This document shows positions 42,912 to 43,747 of a DNA stretch of 43,747 nt, in pieces. The stretch is taken from the NCBI GenBank assembly GCA_003251175.1, contig QKHC01000055.1, positions 1 through 43,747 of the forward strand, in the 5' to 3' direction. The position numbers and the translations under genes are program-made. The stretch's first letter is position 1. Each line of letters starts with the position of its first letter. The notes beneath the pieces are model-generated. The model ran no database searches. It saw only the letters and a program-made list of their open reading frames with translations, and was not told where the DNA came from. This DNA comes from Gemmatimonadota bacterium (GTDB lineage Bacteria > Gemmatimonadota > Gemmatimonadetes > Gemmatimonadales > GWC2-71-9).

Positions 42912-42983
42912 ATTCATGATCGTCTCAGACACTCGCGGCCTCCCCGACCCGTACAGCAGTGGAAACCGGCTGCGAGCGTCTTC

Positions 42984-43747
42984 ATGCACAACCGCCTCGG
43001 AATACCTATAGCCGCCCTGGCGCTGTCGGCAGCGGCGTGCGATGGCGATCTGACGGCGCCCCGGACCGAGTCGTTCATGTGGAGCGGGATCGTCGATCCG
43101 GGTCACTATATCGAGATCAAGGGGATCACGGGCTCCATCGTCGCGGTACCGACGGTCGGCGACGAGGTGGTGGTTCACGCTACCAAGCGAGGCGTGCGAC
43201 AGGATCCCTCGACGGTGTGGATCGACGTCGTCCCCCATGCCGCGGGGGTCACGATCTGCGCCGTGTACCCTGACGTGCCCGGCCAGCCGTCCAACGTCTG
43301 CGAGCCCGGGCTCGGCGGCTCGATGAGCGTGCAGGACAACGACGTCGCGGTGGAGTTCGAGGTCCGTATCCCGACGGGGGTGGATTTCGTCGGCCGCAAT
43401 ATCACTGGCGCAATCTCGGCGACCGGGATCGCCGGGAGCGCCCTCGCGAGCACGATCACCGGAGACGTGGTGCTCGTGGCGGAGATTGCGGAGGCGACCG
43501 TGGTCACGGGCTCGATCACGGCAACCGTGTCACAGTCGGAGTGGGGTCGCGACCTGGCGTTCATGACGGTCACGGGGAACGTGACCGTCCAGGTCCCCAG
43601 CAGCACGAACGCCACCGCCGTGCTGAGCACGGTGACAGGCACTCTGGGTTCGGACTTCCCGCTGTCGCACCCCTCACCGTACGAGTGGACCGGCCCGATC
43701 GGCAGCGGTGGACCGATGTTGCGACTCGCCACGGTCACCGGGAGCGT
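42984..43747 (+). CDS. DUF4097/adhesin-like beta-strand repeat lipoprotein (3' truncated)
   Basis: Manual translation from ATG 42984: MHNRLGIPIAALALSAAAC (lipobox)..IEIKGITGSI..VTICAVYP..VEFEVRIP, with repeated T-[VI]-T-G-x-[VI] units; open to the window end. Confidence 0.85.
   Translation, partial: MHNRLGIPIAALALSAAACDGDLTAPRTESFMWSGIVDPGHYIEIKGITGSIVAVPTVGDEVVVHATKRGVRQDPSTVWIDVVPHAAGVTICAVYPDVPGQPSNVCEPGLGGSMSVQDNDVAVEFEVRIPTGVDFVGRNITGAISATGIAGSALASTITGDVVLVAEIAEATVVTGSITATVSQSEWGRDLAFMTVTGNVTVQVPSSTNATAVLSTVTGTLGSDFPLSHPSPYEWTGPIGSGGPMLRLATVTGS

Overview
A high-GC, gene-dense bacterial chromosomal segment. The protein families and gene style suggest Gemmatimonadota, but this is inference only. 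I can support 35 CDSs. The left end (minus strand) has an MFP-RND efflux pair followed by two tandem, translationally coupled Ser/Thr kinases that share an unusual kinase-4TM-coiled-coil architecture. The middle is a mostly plus-strand housekeeping run: M42, M28-PDZ, S33-like and M20D hydrolases, a GAF/fRMsr-like protein, a small beta-barrel, nth, DUF5661, YyaL-like, AKR, cyclophilin, DUF2911 and DUF6941-like. Two minus-strand genes interrupt it, a HEAT-repeat protein and a ceramidase-like protein. Next is a tightly coupled 11-gene envelope cluster (ArnT-like GT, asnB, HD protein, cardiolipin synthase-like PLD, ECF sigma, putative anti-sigma, LTxxQ protein, TolC, MacAB-like ABC exporter). The right end has a CBM9/DUF5916 outer-membrane protein coupled to an orphan chemoreceptor, a metzincin, a third membrane kinase and a truncated DUF4097-like lipoprotein. 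I saw no rRNA, tRNA, CRISPR, integrase or transposase, and no clearly novel defence or mobile system. The best leads are the tandem kinase family, the envelope super-operon, recurrent TANNNT boxes 6-7 nt before SD-less starts (leaderless mRNAs) and probable CTG starts. Family names come from motif recognition, not database searches.
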